NCBI GenBank assembly: GCA_963665295.1
Contig: OY762209.1
Span: 4,288,001 to 4,352,000, forward strand
DNA length: 64,000 nucleotides
Source of the DNA: Syntrophorhabdaceae bacterium
GTDB lineage: Bacteria > Desulfobacterota > Syntrophorhabdia > Syntrophorhabdales > Syntrophorhabdaceae
Direction of reading: 5' to 3'
Shown here one piece after another: positions 1 to 8,957 of this stretch. The translations under genes were made by a program, and so were the position numbers. The notes under the pieces were generated by a model. The model was given only the letters and a program-made list of their open reading frames with translations. It had not been told where the DNA came from and did not search any database. Numbering within the stretch: the stretch's first letter is position 1; each line of letters opens with the position of its first letter.

Positions 1-229
1 CAAACAAGACTTGGGATACTGCCCCGGTCTTCAGGGTGTTGCCGAGATCAGGAGAAATACGGGTATCCCCATTATCGGAATAGGAGGCATCAATCTCAAC
101 AATTGCCGTGCCGTTATTGACGCGGGCGCGCATGGTATCGCGGTCGTAACCGCCCTCACCATGGCGCAGGATATCCCCTCCTCCTGCAAATCCTTTTTCG
201 AACAGTTCGAGAAACCTTTATCGCCCTGA
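1..229 (+). CDS. thiE: Thiamine-phosphate synthase, C-terminal part (truncated by window edge)
   Basis: IPIIGIGGINLNN...VIDAGAHGIAVVTAL matches the C-terminus of the ThiE TIM barrel. Confidence 0.8.
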   Translation, partial: KQDLGYCPGLQGVAEIRRNTGIPIIGIGGINLNNCRAVIDAGAHGIAVVTALTMAQDIPSSCKSFFEQFEKPLSP

Positions 230-270
230 CCTTCTCCCCCTCCTGCCTGAGATCACTTCGAGAAAACTGC

Positions 271-298
271 TTGCAATTTTTTCTCCCCCTGTTATTAT
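271..298 (+). promoter_or_regulatory. Putative sigma-70 promoter of the kinase/activator pair
   Basis: TTGCAA (271-276), 16-nt spacer, TGT-TATTAT (extended -10, 293-298). Confidence 0.4.
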
Positions 299-422
299 AA
301 CTGAAATTGGTATAGACTTTTTACCGGTACTCCGGAGACTCATTCCGGTTTGCAGGAACATAAGTACTCGGAACGGCGACTGAATGGACCTTTAGTTAGA
401 AAAAAAAGGGGGGGTATCCAGC

Positions 423-2789
423 ATGTCGGCAGACGATGCAAGACCGTTGACAGAGGGACTTCGTGTGCATCAGACCGGATCACGAGCGCAGTACGAAGGG
501 ACGGGCAAAACGGAGCCCCACGCTTCTCGCGCCCTACCGCTGTCCCGCGTGGGAAGCTGGGAATACGATCTGTCCGCTACAACCGTGCTGTGGTCACCGG
601 AGCTGTTCTCCATCTTCGGGATCGACTCTGATGTCGGGCATCCCACTTACCCGGGCTTTCTCGCGAGAATTCATCCCGACGACAGGGAGACATTTGCAGA
701 GGCGGTCGAGGAAGCCATCACACACAACAAGCCTTTCCGCATCGACCTCAAGCTATTCCGGTCCGACGGCGTCCTGCGCCATATTATCAATCAGGGAAGC
801 ACCCATACCGGCAAAGACGGGAGCGTGGATCGCGTGTTCGGCTCGGTGGAGGATATTACCGAATGGATACAGACCGGGCAAGCCCTCCGGGAGAGCGAAG
901 CGAAGTATAGAAGCATCTTCGAAAACGCGGTCGAGGGCATCTTCCAGGTAACGCCCGAAGGACGCATACTCAGCGGCAACCCCGCAATGGCCCGTATTCT
1001 CGGTTATTCAACCGTTGACGAGATGATGGCGAACGCCGCCGACCTGGGCAAGATCCACATCATACCGGGCAGGGGTGAGGAATTCCCCGGCTTTCTTGAA
1101 AGACACGGAAAGGTAGAGGGTTTCGAAACCCGTTTCCTGAGGAAAGACGGCGTCACCATCTGGGCCATCATCAACGCTCGAACGGTAAAGGACGCAGCAG
1201 GGAAGACCGTGTACTTCGAGGGCTCCATTGAAGACATAACCTACCGGAAGCGGACCGAGGACGCGCTAAGGGAAAGCGAGGAACGTTATAGAGCGATAAT
1301 CGAACATTCCAACGACGGCGTCGCCATCATGTCGGGAGACAATCACGCCTTCGTCAATAAGAGGTTTCTGGAGATCTTCGGCTATGACCGGCCGGCGGAT
1401 GTTGTGGGTAAGCCCCTATCGCTCACCGCACACCACGATGACCGCGAAAGGGTCATAAGGTTTAACCGGCAGAGGCAAAGAAATGAGCCGGTGCCGTCCA
1501 TGTATGAGATGAAAGGGGTAAAGAAAAACGGCGACATCGTCTATGTCGAGGTTTCCGCGACGAATATTACGCTCCACGGGGAGCCTGCTTCCCTCGCCTA
1601 CCTGAGGGATGTGACCGGACGCAAGCAGTGGGGGAAAGAACTGGCCGAGAGTATGGAAAGAATCATACAGGCCAAGCAGGAATGGGAGTCTCTCGCCGAT
1701 TCTCTGAACGAGCTTATTTTCCTCCTCGACAGCAGGGGATATATCATTCGATCAAACCGGAGGATAGAGAACTGGGGACTCGGACATATTACGGACGTCA
1801 AGGGGAGAAGGCTTCATGACACCATGCATCCCTATTGCGCAAAACCTCACTGCTACCTCAGGACCTTCATGGCGAGCGCCCTGAAGGACTCCACCATAGG
1901 ACGCCCCGCCGAGATTGAAGTAAAGGATGACGTTTTGAAGCGCTACCTCGACATCAGGATGCGGCCGATCCCACTCGATATAAAAGCCGGGAGCCAACTG
2001 AGGGAAAGTTTCGCCGTCCTCGTCATCCATGATATTTCCGAACGTAAGAAGGCACAGGAATCGCTCTCGGCGGCCTACGAAGAATTGAAGGAGGCCCAGC
2101 AGGAATTGATCCGGATAGAAAAACTGGCCCTTTTAGGAAAGTTTTCCTCGGGTATAGCCCACGAAATCAGGAACCCCCTTGCGAATATCCGCGCGTCGGC
2201 CCAGTTCTGTCTGAACAAATATGAACTCGATGAAGAAATAAAGAAACACTTGAGGATTATGCTCCGGAACTCCGAACACGCAAACAAGATTATCAAGGAT
2301 TTGATAGACCTTGCAAAACCGAGCGAGGTGTCGCTTGTTCCCGGCAACATAAACCTCGTGGTGAACAAAGTATGTGACCTCGTAAAAACACGGTGCGAGA
2401 AACAGCATGTATTACTCCACAAGAAGATATCGAGAAGGCTCCCCCCTATTCTGATGGACGAAGAACGCATGGAAAAGGCCCTCCTCAATTTTGTCCTGAA
2501 TGCCCTCGATGCTATGCCCAAAGGCGGGAAGCTTGCCATCAACGCTTACCCCTATTTCAACAAACACGAAGTGGTGATAAGCATTCTCGATACAGGAAAG
2601 GGTATAGCGCCGGAACACATGGACAAGATATTCCACCCCTTTTTCACCACCAAGCGTACGGGCATCGGGTTGGGGTTATGCCTCGCCGATCAGGTCATAA
2701 CGTCTCACAAGGGAAGGCTTTCATTTCGCAGCGAACTTGGAGAGGGCACCGCCATCACGGTCAAATTACCCATATCAAGGGAAGGTTGA
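423..2789 (+). CDS. Cytoplasmic multi-PAS sensor histidine kinase (NtrB-like), probable gas-vesicle regulator
   Basis: About four PAS/PAC repeats; H-box GIAHEIRNPL; N-box LNFVLNALDAM; DTGKGI, FHPFFTTK and GIGLGL boxes; no TM helices. Confidence 0.9.
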   Translation: MSADDARPLTEGLRVHQTGSRAQYEGTGKTEPHASRALPLSRVGSWEYDLSATTVLWSPELFSIFGIDSDVGHPTYPGFLARIHPDDRETFAEAVEEAITHNKPFRIDLKLFRSDGVLRHIINQGSTHTGKDGSVDRVFGSVEDITEWIQTGQALRESEAKYRSIFENAVEGIFQVTPEGRILSGNPAMARILGYSTVDEMMANAADLGKIHIIPGRGEEFPGFLERHGKVEGFETRFLRKDGVTIWAIINARTVKDAAGKTVYFEGSIEDITYRKRTEDALRESEERYRAIIEHSNDGVAIMSGDNHAFVNKRFLEIFGYDRPADVVGKPLSLTAHHDDRERVIRFNRQRQRNEPVPSMYEMKGVKKNGDIVYVEVSATNITLHGEPASLAYLRDVTGRKQWGKELAESMERIIQAKQEWESLADSLNELIFLLDSRGYIIRSNRRIENWGLGHITDVKGRRLHDTMHPYCAKPHCYLRTFMASALKDSTIGRPAEIEVKDDVLKRYLDIRMRPIPLDIKAGSQLRESFAVLVIHDISERKKAQESLSAAYEELKEAQQELIRIEKLALLGKFSSGIAHEIRNPLANIRASAQFCLNKYELDEEIKKHLRIMLRNSEHANKIIKDLIDLAKPSEVSLVPGNINLVVNKVCDLVKTRCEKQHVLLHKKISRRLPPILMDEERMEKALLNFVLNALDAMPKGGKLAINAYPYFNKHEVVISILDTGKGIAPEHMDKIFHPFFTTKRTGIGLGLCLADQVITSHKGRLSFRSELGEGTAITVKLPISREG

Positions 2790-2802
2790 GGGAGGGGAGA
2801 AG

Positions 2803-4206
2803 TTGACGGAGAGAATCCTGGTCGTTGAAGACAACAAGGATATGCAGTTTCTTCTTTCCAGCATACTGACGAGCGAGGGATATGAAACGATCGTAGCGGG
2901 CGACGGCGCAAAGGCTCTCCAGGAAGCAAGAAAACGCCTACCCGACGTTGTTCTCCTCGATATACGGTTGCCGGGCATGAACGGCATGGCCGTCCTGGAG
3001 GAGCTTAAAAGGACCAACAAGGACGTCGCGGTCTGCATGCTCACGGCCTATGGGGATATCAAAGGCGCGGTTCAGGCCATGAAGCTGGGAGCCTTCGAAT
3101 ACATTACCAAACCCTTTGACAACGAGGAGCTTCTCATTGTGGTAAAAAGGGCGCTCCGGACCCGGTGCCTCAATAAAGAGGTGGAGTCTCTGAGAAAACA
3201 GTTGGGAGAAAAAACCTCCACCGATCTCATATCCCAACTCGTGGGAGAGAGTCCCGCCATCAAGCAGGTGCTGAAACAGGTCGATGTGGTTGCCCCCACA
3301 AATATGACGGTCGTACTTCAAGGGGAAAGCGGTACAGGGAAGGAACTTATTGCACAGTTGATACACCGGAAGAGCGCGAGAAGGGATGGCGCTTTTGTTG
3401 CCATAGACTGTGGCGCCATACCGGAATCCCTCGTTGAAAGCGAGCTTTTCGGTTACGAAAAAGGCGCATTCACAGGCGCGGATGCCCACAAGAAAGGTAA
3501 ATTCGAGCAGGCCGACGGGGGCGCAATCTTCCTCGATGAGATCACCAACCTTCCCGGCCCTGCTCAGGGAAAATTCCTTCGCGTCTTGCAGGAAAAAAGA
3601 TTGCAGCACCTGGGAGGCAAGAAGGATATAAAGGTTGACGTGCGGATTATAGCCGCTTCCAATATCGACCTTCCTGAGGCAGTCGGCTCGGGCAATTTCA
3701 GGAGCGACCTCTTTCACCGGCTCAACGAATTCCCCGTAAAACTCCCTCCCTTAAGAGAGAGGAAGGAGGACATTCCTTTCCTCGCAAACCGTTTTCTTGA
3801 CGAAGCGAAGGCGGAGTTCAATAAAGATGTACATAGTTTCTCTCCCGAGGCGATGCGGACCCTTCTCGACCATCATTGGCCGGGAAACGTACGGGAGTTG
3901 AGAAACGCCGTAAGAAGAGCGGTGCTCCTCTCGGATTCCATGGTGGTTGCCGAGGTCTACCCCACCCTCGCAGAGCCCGGTCCGGGGATGAACCATCAGT
4001 TGTCGGAAAAGTTGGACGTCCTCGCCCAATTGCGCAAGGGTTACTCCCTCCACGAAATTGCGCAGAAAGAGATCGACGGCTTCGAGAAGGCAATCATCGC
4101 CCAAACCCTGTCCATTACAGGAGGAAACAAAGTCAAAGCTGCGAAAATGCTCAAGATCGACCGTATGACCCTGTATTCGAAACTAAGAAAGTACCAGATC
4201 GAATGA
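2803..4206 (+). CDS. Sigma-54-dependent response regulator (NtrC family: REC-AAA+-Fis HTH)
   Basis: REC (VVLLDIRLP), GESGTGKE, GAFTGA, WPGNVRELRN, C-terminal GNKVKAAKMLKIDRMTLYSKL; TTG start at 2803 after GGAGGGGAG. Confidence 0.93.
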   Translation: MTERILVVEDNKDMQFLLSSILTSEGYETIVAGDGAKALQEARKRLPDVVLLDIRLPGMNGMAVLEELKRTNKDVAVCMLTAYGDIKGAVQAMKLGAFEYITKPFDNEELLIVVKRALRTRCLNKEVESLRKQLGEKTSTDLISQLVGESPAIKQVLKQVDVVAPTNMTVVLQGESGTGKELIAQLIHRKSARRDGAFVAIDCGAIPESLVESELFGYEKGAFTGADAHKKGKFEQADGGAIFLDEITNLPGPAQGKFLRVLQEKRLQHLGGKKDIKVDVRIIAASNIDLPEAVGSGNFRSDLFHRLNEFPVKLPPLRERKEDIPFLANRFLDEAKAEFNKDVHSFSPEAMRTLLDHHWPGNVRELRNAVRRAVLLSDSMVVAEVYPTLAEPGPGMNHQLSEKLDVLAQLRKGYSLHEIAQKEIDGFEKAIIAQTLSITGGNKVKAAKMLKIDRMTLYSKLRKYQIE

Positions 4207-4239
4207 TACCCTGATGAAGCGCGTCTGATTCGACCCCTG

Positions 4240-4275
4240 CTACATTGATGTAGAGCCGGCTCTACATCAATGTAG
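4240..4275. promoter_or_regulatory. Perfect 36-bp nested palindrome; candidate enhancer (UAS) for the sigma-54 activator
   Basis: CTACATTGATGTAGAGCCGGCTCTACATCAATGTAG is its own reverse complement; contains TGT-N12-ACA; lies ~140 bp upstream of a -24/-12 motif. Confidence 0.6.
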
Positions 4276-4415
4276 GGCGGATTCCGCACATAAACGCCGC
4301 CGACTGGAATCGTGCCCTCAAATCCGTACCGACTGCACCTTCTCTCTCACTAATAAACCTGTAATATCAATGAAAGGTCCGTATGCCGCGGAGCGGCGGC
4401 CATCCTTCGGCCCTG

Positions 4416-4431
4416 CGGCACGATCTATGCA
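4416..4431 (+). promoter_or_regulatory. Sigma-54 (-24/-12) promoter of the gvp operon
   Basis: CGGCACGATCTATGCA: GG-N10-GC with GGCACG core, directly downstream of a sigma-54 activator gene. Confidence 0.8.
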
Positions 4432-4499
4432 ATTGTAACCGGCATCAGCCACTTATTACTGGGGTTAAAGGCAAAGGCCAATGAGGGCAGTTAACCTGA

Positions 4500-4874
4500 A
4501 TGCCAACAATTCTGATTGTAGATGATAACGAGGATATGTGCCAGATAATATCGGATGTCATGAAGGCGGAGGGATATATGGTCGAAGTGGCATATGACGG
4601 CAGGTCCGCTATGAACGAGATACAGACAATGGCCTACGACCTAATGATCCTCGACTACAGACTCTTTGATTGCGATGGTCTCGAAATCCTGGAACAAGCA
4701 AAGCGGGCGGCGCCCCTCCTCAACACGATAATGATATCCGCTTATGGAAACGAGCCGGTGAAAGAAAGGGCTCGTGTATTAGGGGCGTGCGCTTTCTTTG
4801 ACAAGCCTTTTGCAGTGAACGATCTTTTGAAGGTAGTGAGAAAGGCGCTCGGCAAGAACCAGGGCGCCGAATAA
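4500..4874 (+). CDS. Single-domain response regulator (CheY-like receiver)
   Basis: ILIVDDN, LMILDYRL (phospho-Asp), MISAYG, FFDKPF; no output domain. Confidence 0.9.
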   Translation: MPTILIVDDNEDMCQIISDVMKAEGYMVEVAYDGRSAMNEIQTMAYDLMILDYRLFDCDGLEILEQAKRAAPLLNTIMISAYGNEPVKERARVLGACAFFDKPFAVNDLLKVVRKALGKNQGAE

Positions 4875-4940
4875 GACCGAGCCGGCAGGGTTGACCGTTT
4901 CCCTTCATAAAAAGACGGAATAAAAAAAAGGGGTGCAATC

Positions 4941-5147
4941 ATGGCAGTAGAAAAAGCAATCGGATCATCCAGTTTGGTCGAAGTCGTGGACAGAATCCTC
5001 GACAAGGGAGTAGTCGTCGATGCGTGGGTGAGAGTTTCTCTTGTAGGTATTGAGATTCTTGCCATCGAAGCCAGAGTCGTAGTGGCGTCGGTCGAGACCT
5101 ACCTCAAGTATGCCGAGGCTATCGGCCTGACCGCGACAGCAGCTTAA
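4941..5147 (+). CDS. gvpA: Major gas vesicle shell protein GvpA
   Basis: [60 protein letters not shown] is near-canonical GvpA. Confidence 0.98.
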   Translation: MAVEKAIGSSSLVEVVDRILDKGVVVDAWVRVSLVGIEILAIEARVVVASVETYLKYAEAIGLTATAA

Positions 5148-5158
5148 CGCTCCATAAG

Positions 5159-5184
5159 CCGCTGCCCGAGAAGGGCAAAAGCGG
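5159..5184 (+). terminator. Stem-loop downstream of gvpA (partial terminator or mRNA-stabilising hairpin)
   Basis: CCGC-TGCCC-gagaa-GGGCA-aaa-GCGG followed by GTTCTT. Confidence 0.45.
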
Positions 5185-5284
5185 GTTCTTGCCGCGTCAC
5201 CCTCAAGCCTCAACGGCTCATGCCCGGGGGAACGGAAAGTGTGACACGCCAGGAGCCCAAAACCAAGCGTGAGGTAAGCCAAGC

Positions 5285-5959
5285 ATGGAAAACGCCCCCA
5301 ATTTAAAGGGTTTTGTGGATGAAATCATTTCTTCTTACGAAGACCGGCTGCGAAGCATCACCTCCATCATTGACAACACGCGCATGATCCTCGGTGAATT
5401 CCAGGAGTCCATGGCAAACACACGACAAGAAAGAGAAGACATGAAGATCCGGCTCCGGGACACGCTGGCAAAAAATGAGTCCCTCAGAAAGAAAGACTTC
5501 GACGCCATGATGAACACCATTCTCATGTCCCAGGACGACCGGGAGAAGGAAGTGAGAAGCCTGCTCGACAATTTTCTCATGGAGCAGAAAGAGATGACGA
5601 CAACTCTCAGGGAGGGTCTCAGCGGTTCCCGGGACGCCCTGAATCAGGATAATGCAAGCAGGCTCGCGGAATACCATCAGTTGCTGAAGCAAATTCTCGA
5701 TGATCAAGAACAGAGAAGACAGGAAGTTGTCGGCAAATTGAAGACATTCCAGAGGGAACAGAAGGAATTGTCCTACACGCTCGGGCAACTGCTCTCCAAG
5801 GGAAGGCAGCTGAGAATAAAGGATTTGAAATCCATGCTGAAGGGCTTCGAAATGCAGTCCCTGGAGAGGACGACGTACCGGATCAAACGGAAGGAGGACG
5901 TGCAGAGAATGCTTGACGTGTTCCGGCAGGAAAGAGTTGAGAGAAGGCTTTACAAATAA
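5285..5959 (+). CDS. Alpha-helical/coiled-coil protein, GvpC-like paralogue 1
   Basis: All-helical charged sequence; N-terminal LKGFVDEIISSYEDR resembles the N-termini of 5985 and 7194; lies between gvpA and gvpN. Confidence 0.55.
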   Translation: MENAPNLKGFVDEIISSYEDRLRSITSIIDNTRMILGEFQESMANTRQEREDMKIRLRDTLAKNESLRKKDFDAMMNTILMSQDDREKEVRSLLDNFLMEQKEMTTTLREGLSGSRDALNQDNASRLAEYHQLLKQILDDQEQRRQEVVGKLKTFQREQKELSYTLGQLLSKGRQLRIKDLKSMLKGFEMQSLERTTYRIKRKEDVQRMLDVFRQERVERRLYK

Positions 5960-5984
5960 AAGGCGTAGAGAAGAGGAGGTACAT

Positions 5985-7097
5985 ATGGAAGTAGGAAAAG
6001 GCATGAAAGACCTGGCGGATCAGATTCTCGCGTCTCACGAAGTGAGAATAAACACACTACTCGATCTGAAAAACAATACCATGAAGACCCTGCAGGATTT
6101 TGCCAAGGAGCGCGAGGTCATGGGCCGCGAACAGAGCCGGAACCTCCTGGACTTCACGAATAGCCTGTCCGGAAGCGTGGACTCACTCCTGGATGGTTTC
6201 CGAAAGGGCCACAAAGCCATGGGCGACGAGCAGTCGCGTCGCCTGAGAGGATCTATCCGGGATCTCACCAAAAGCACTTCCGACATGCGCAGCCGCTTTC
6301 TCAAAGAGCACCGTCATGTGAGCCGGGAGCAGGCCAAGTTCCTTGCGGATTTTGCGGGATACATTACCAGGAATGTCCATGACCTGTTGAAGGGGTTTCA
6401 CGCGGACCACCAGCAGATGAGCGACGAACAGGCAAAGAATCTCGCCGACTTCATGAACAATCTCACAAGGGATATGGCGGCTTCCGCGAACAGTCTCAAG
6501 CAGGCGCGGGAAAAGGCCGCGGATGAACTGAGAAAACACCTCTCGGACGAGGTCAAACGCATCCGGACCTATACAACAAGCACGCTCAACGAGTTCGAGA
6601 AGGAGCATGGGAAGATGAGTGCTTCCCTGAGAAAGGACCTCGACCAGTACGTGAATAACCTTACGAAGGACGTCTCCTCCCTCATTCGTCATTATCGCGA
6701 AGACATGAAAGAGGCGAAGGATTCCTGGTCCGAGATGTCCATGATCCTATCATCTCCGGGCACAAGAATGCCGGTGCCTTCTCTGCAGGTACGAGAGGAT
6801 GTCTCCACGGTAGACGAAGCTATCGAGAAAGAAGAAGCCGAGGAAAGACAGGGCCTGCCGGAAAGCGAGATAGAGGAAAAAGTACTTGGTTATATCAACC
6901 AGCACCCTGAAGGAGTCAAGGTGGGGTCTATGGAAACGGCACTCGGCATACCGAGAATGAGGTTGGGCATGAAGGCCAAGAAACTTCTCGAAGACGGGAA
7001 GGTCTGGAAGGAAGACAACGTATATTATCCGCTCGCAAGGTCCAAAGGTCCGGGCTTCACTATTCAGGGACCGGGTTTTTCTACAGAGACCCATTGA
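5985..7097 (+). CDS. gvpC: GvpC-like protein with six 33-aa repeats and a C-terminal winged-helix-like domain
   Basis: Six in-register 33-residue repeats (e.g. VHDLLKGFHADHQQMSDEQAKNLADFMNNLTRD), the period of cyanobacterial GvpC; ATG 5985 after GAGGAGG. Confidence 0.75.
   Translation: MEVGKGMKDLADQILASHEVRINTLLDLKNNTMKTLQDFAKEREVMGREQSRNLLDFTNSLSGSVDSLLDGFRKGHKAMGDEQSRRLRGSIRDLTKSTSDMRSRFLKEHRHVSREQAKFLADFAGYITRNVHDLLKGFHADHQQMSDEQAKNLADFMNNLTRDMAASANSLKQAREKAADELRKHLSDEVKRIRTYTTSTLNEFEKEHGKMSASLRKDLDQYVNNLTKDVSSLIRHYREDMKEAKDSWSEMSMILSSPGTRMPVPSLQVREDVSTVDEAIEKEEAEERQGLPESEIEEKVLGYINQHPEGVKVGSMETALGIPRMRLGMKAKKLLEDGKVWKEDNVYYPLARSKGPGFTIQGPGFSTETH
6078..6671 (+). repeat. Six tandem degenerate 99-nt / 33-aa GvpC-type repeats
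   Basis: Repeats start TMKT, VDSL, TSDM, VHDL, MAAS, TTST; each exactly 33 aa with an F..(E/D)(H/R)..M..EQ...L..F pattern. Confidence 0.85.
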
Positions 7098-7193
7098 GCC
7101 GGGAGCCCTTGAGAGACACGAGCGCCGGGACACGGACTGAAGACGCGTGCGATCCCGGCCCTCAAAGAACAGTATTTCGGGAGGAGGTTTAGC

Positions 7194-7526
7194 ATGGACG
7201 ACATATCCGGTGGTATGAGAAATCTATCCGACGACATTCTCACGAGCCACAGGGACAGAAAAGAAACGATAAAGAATCTGAAGACGGAATCTGATGCCAT
7301 CAGGAAAGATACGGCGCAATTTCTGGACCAATCCAGAAGACTGCGCGACGAAATGAGCAAGAGTCTCAGAGCAAACCTCAGGCAGGAAAGAGATCGCCTT
7401 CTCCAGGAAGTAACCACCATGAGGGATGATTTCAGAAGCAATGAAAGAAGGATCAGGGAGGACCTCGCGGAGGCCAAGCGGATCTGGACCGACATGAAGA
7501 ACATTTTGGGAGGAAAACCAAAATGA
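7194..7526 (+). CDS. Short GvpC-like paralogue 3
   Basis: Shares N-cap GM(K/R)xL(A/S)DxIL(A/T)SH..R and C-cap REDxxEAKxxW(S/T)(E/D)M with 5985; strong GGAGGAGG RBS. Confidence 0.65.
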   Translation: MDDISGGMRNLSDDILTSHRDRKETIKNLKTESDAIRKDTAQFLDQSRRLRDEMSKSLRANLRQERDRLLQEVTTMRDDFRSNERRIREDLAEAKRIWTDMKNILGGKPK

Positions 7527-8440
7527 TTGATGACAACACGACGATATTACAACCGACGGCCCTGCCCGACTTTGTGGAAACGAACTACATCAAGGAACTT
7601 ACCGAAAGGTCGATTGCCTATGTGCGGGCAGGTTTCCCGGTCCACTTCAGGGGCATATCAGGCACCGGAAAAACGACCCTCGCCATGCACGTGGCAAGCA
7701 AGATCGGCAGGCCTGTCGTCCTCATCCATGGAGACGAAGAATTTACCACTTCGAACCTCGTGGGGGGCGAATACGGTTACAGGATGAAAAAAGTGGTGGA
7801 CCGCTTCGTATCACGGGTACTCAAGACAGAGGAAGATATGGTCAAGCGCTGGGTTGATAACCGTCTCACGGTGGCGTGCAAATATGGTTTCACCCTCATT
7901 TACGACGAATTCACGCGGTCCCGCCCGGAGGCGAACAATATCCTTCTCTCCATACTTCAGGAACGGCTTATGGACCTGCCTGTCGGACGGGAGGCGGAAG
8001 GGCCGTATCTCAAGGTGCATGAGAACTTTACCGCCTTTTTCACGAGTAACCCTGAGGAATATGCCGGCGTACACAGAAGTCAGGACGCCTTGAGAGACCG
8101 GATGGTGACCATGGACCTCGATCACTTCGACTACGAAACAGAGGTTGCCATCACGCAGGCAAAATCGAAGCTCCCCCGCAAAGAAGTGGAAAGCATCGTC
8201 AAAATCGTGAGGGGGTTAAGGGAATCCGGCAAGTGCGAGTTTACCCCCACCGTCAGGGCGTGCATTATGATTGCCAAGACCATGAAGGTCGAAGGTATCA
8301 CGACGCGTAATTCCAACGGCTCTTTCAGCAGGATGTGTCAGGACGTGTTGGCCTCGGTCACAAGCAGAGTAGGTTCCAAGACAAATCAGACGAGGGTGAA
8401 GGAGATAGTCGAAGGTTTGGTAAAGACACATGTAAACTGA
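7523..8440 (+). CDS. gvpN: Gas vesicle AAA+ ATPase GvpN
   Basis: GFPVHFRGISGTGKTTLA, WVDNRLTVAC, YDEFTRSRPEANN, TSNPEEYAGVH.SQDALRDR. Confidence 0.96.
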   Translation: MIDDNTTILQPTALPDFVETNYIKELTERSIAYVRAGFPVHFRGISGTGKTTLAMHVASKIGRPVVLIHGDEEFTTSNLVGGEYGYRMKKVVDRFVSRVLKTEEDMVKRWVDNRLTVACKYGFTLIYDEFTRSRPEANNILLSILQERLMDLPVGREAEGPYLKVHENFTAFFTSNPEEYAGVHRSQDALRDRMVTMDLDHFDYETEVAITQAKSKLPRKEVESIVKIVRGLRESGKCEFTPTVRACIMIAKTMKVEGITTRNSNGSFSRMCQDVLASVTSRVGSKTNQTRVKEIVEGLVKTHVN

Positions 8441-8517
8441 AATCGGGAATTATCATACCTGTTCCGAGAAGACACATCCCGGGGGAAACGGGGCATTTGA
8501 CGCGGGAGGCCTTATAA

Positions 8518-8823
8518 ATGAAAGACCTGAAGGAAATCGCAACCATCAAGAACATAAGGAGCATGCATTCCATCGGCGCACGGTCCGTTCCGAAAGTCCA
8601 AAGGTCTCCTTATCTTGACCTCTATTCACTCAACAGGGAAAAAGACCGGTTGGAAAAAGAGGTCAAAGTGCTCGAAAAGAGAAAAACAATTACAGGCCGC
8701 ATGCTGAGCGATGTAATCAGACTCATTGCCGGGCTCCAAAAAGAGATCCGGGGCAGAACGGAGGTAAAGACCGTTAAGGATACCAAGATGAAACGCCTGA
8801 GAACGATGCCCATCCGATACTGA
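8518..8823 (+). CDS. gvpV: GvpV-like small basic coiled-coil protein
   Basis: YLDLYSLNREKDRLEKE motif and terminal Tyr resemble GvpV from memory; sits directly after gvpN. Confidence 0.55.
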   Translation: MKDLKEIATIKNIRSMHSIGARSVPKVQRSPYLDLYSLNREKDRLEKEVKVLEKRKTITGRMLSDVIRLIAGLQKEIRGRTEVKTVKDTKMKRLRTMPIRY

Positions 8824-8957
8824 GTCCCATGGGTGATGCGCGGCGGGCGGCATGGGTTCTCGCCTTGCCCGACAGTGGTCGGATATCACCGTCAGCCCCT
8901 CGGTAATATGAGGGCTCTCGATTAAAGAGAGAAATACGTGCAAAAGGGGAGAAGAAG

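Noticed and set aside
6078..6671. CRISPR array or DNA tandem repeat
   Set aside because: Periodicity is at protein level with degenerate DNA; no identical repeats, spacers or cas genes.
8824..8957. Sigma-32 promoter upstream of hsp20
   Set aside because: No convincing CTTGAA-N13-17-CCCCAT match.
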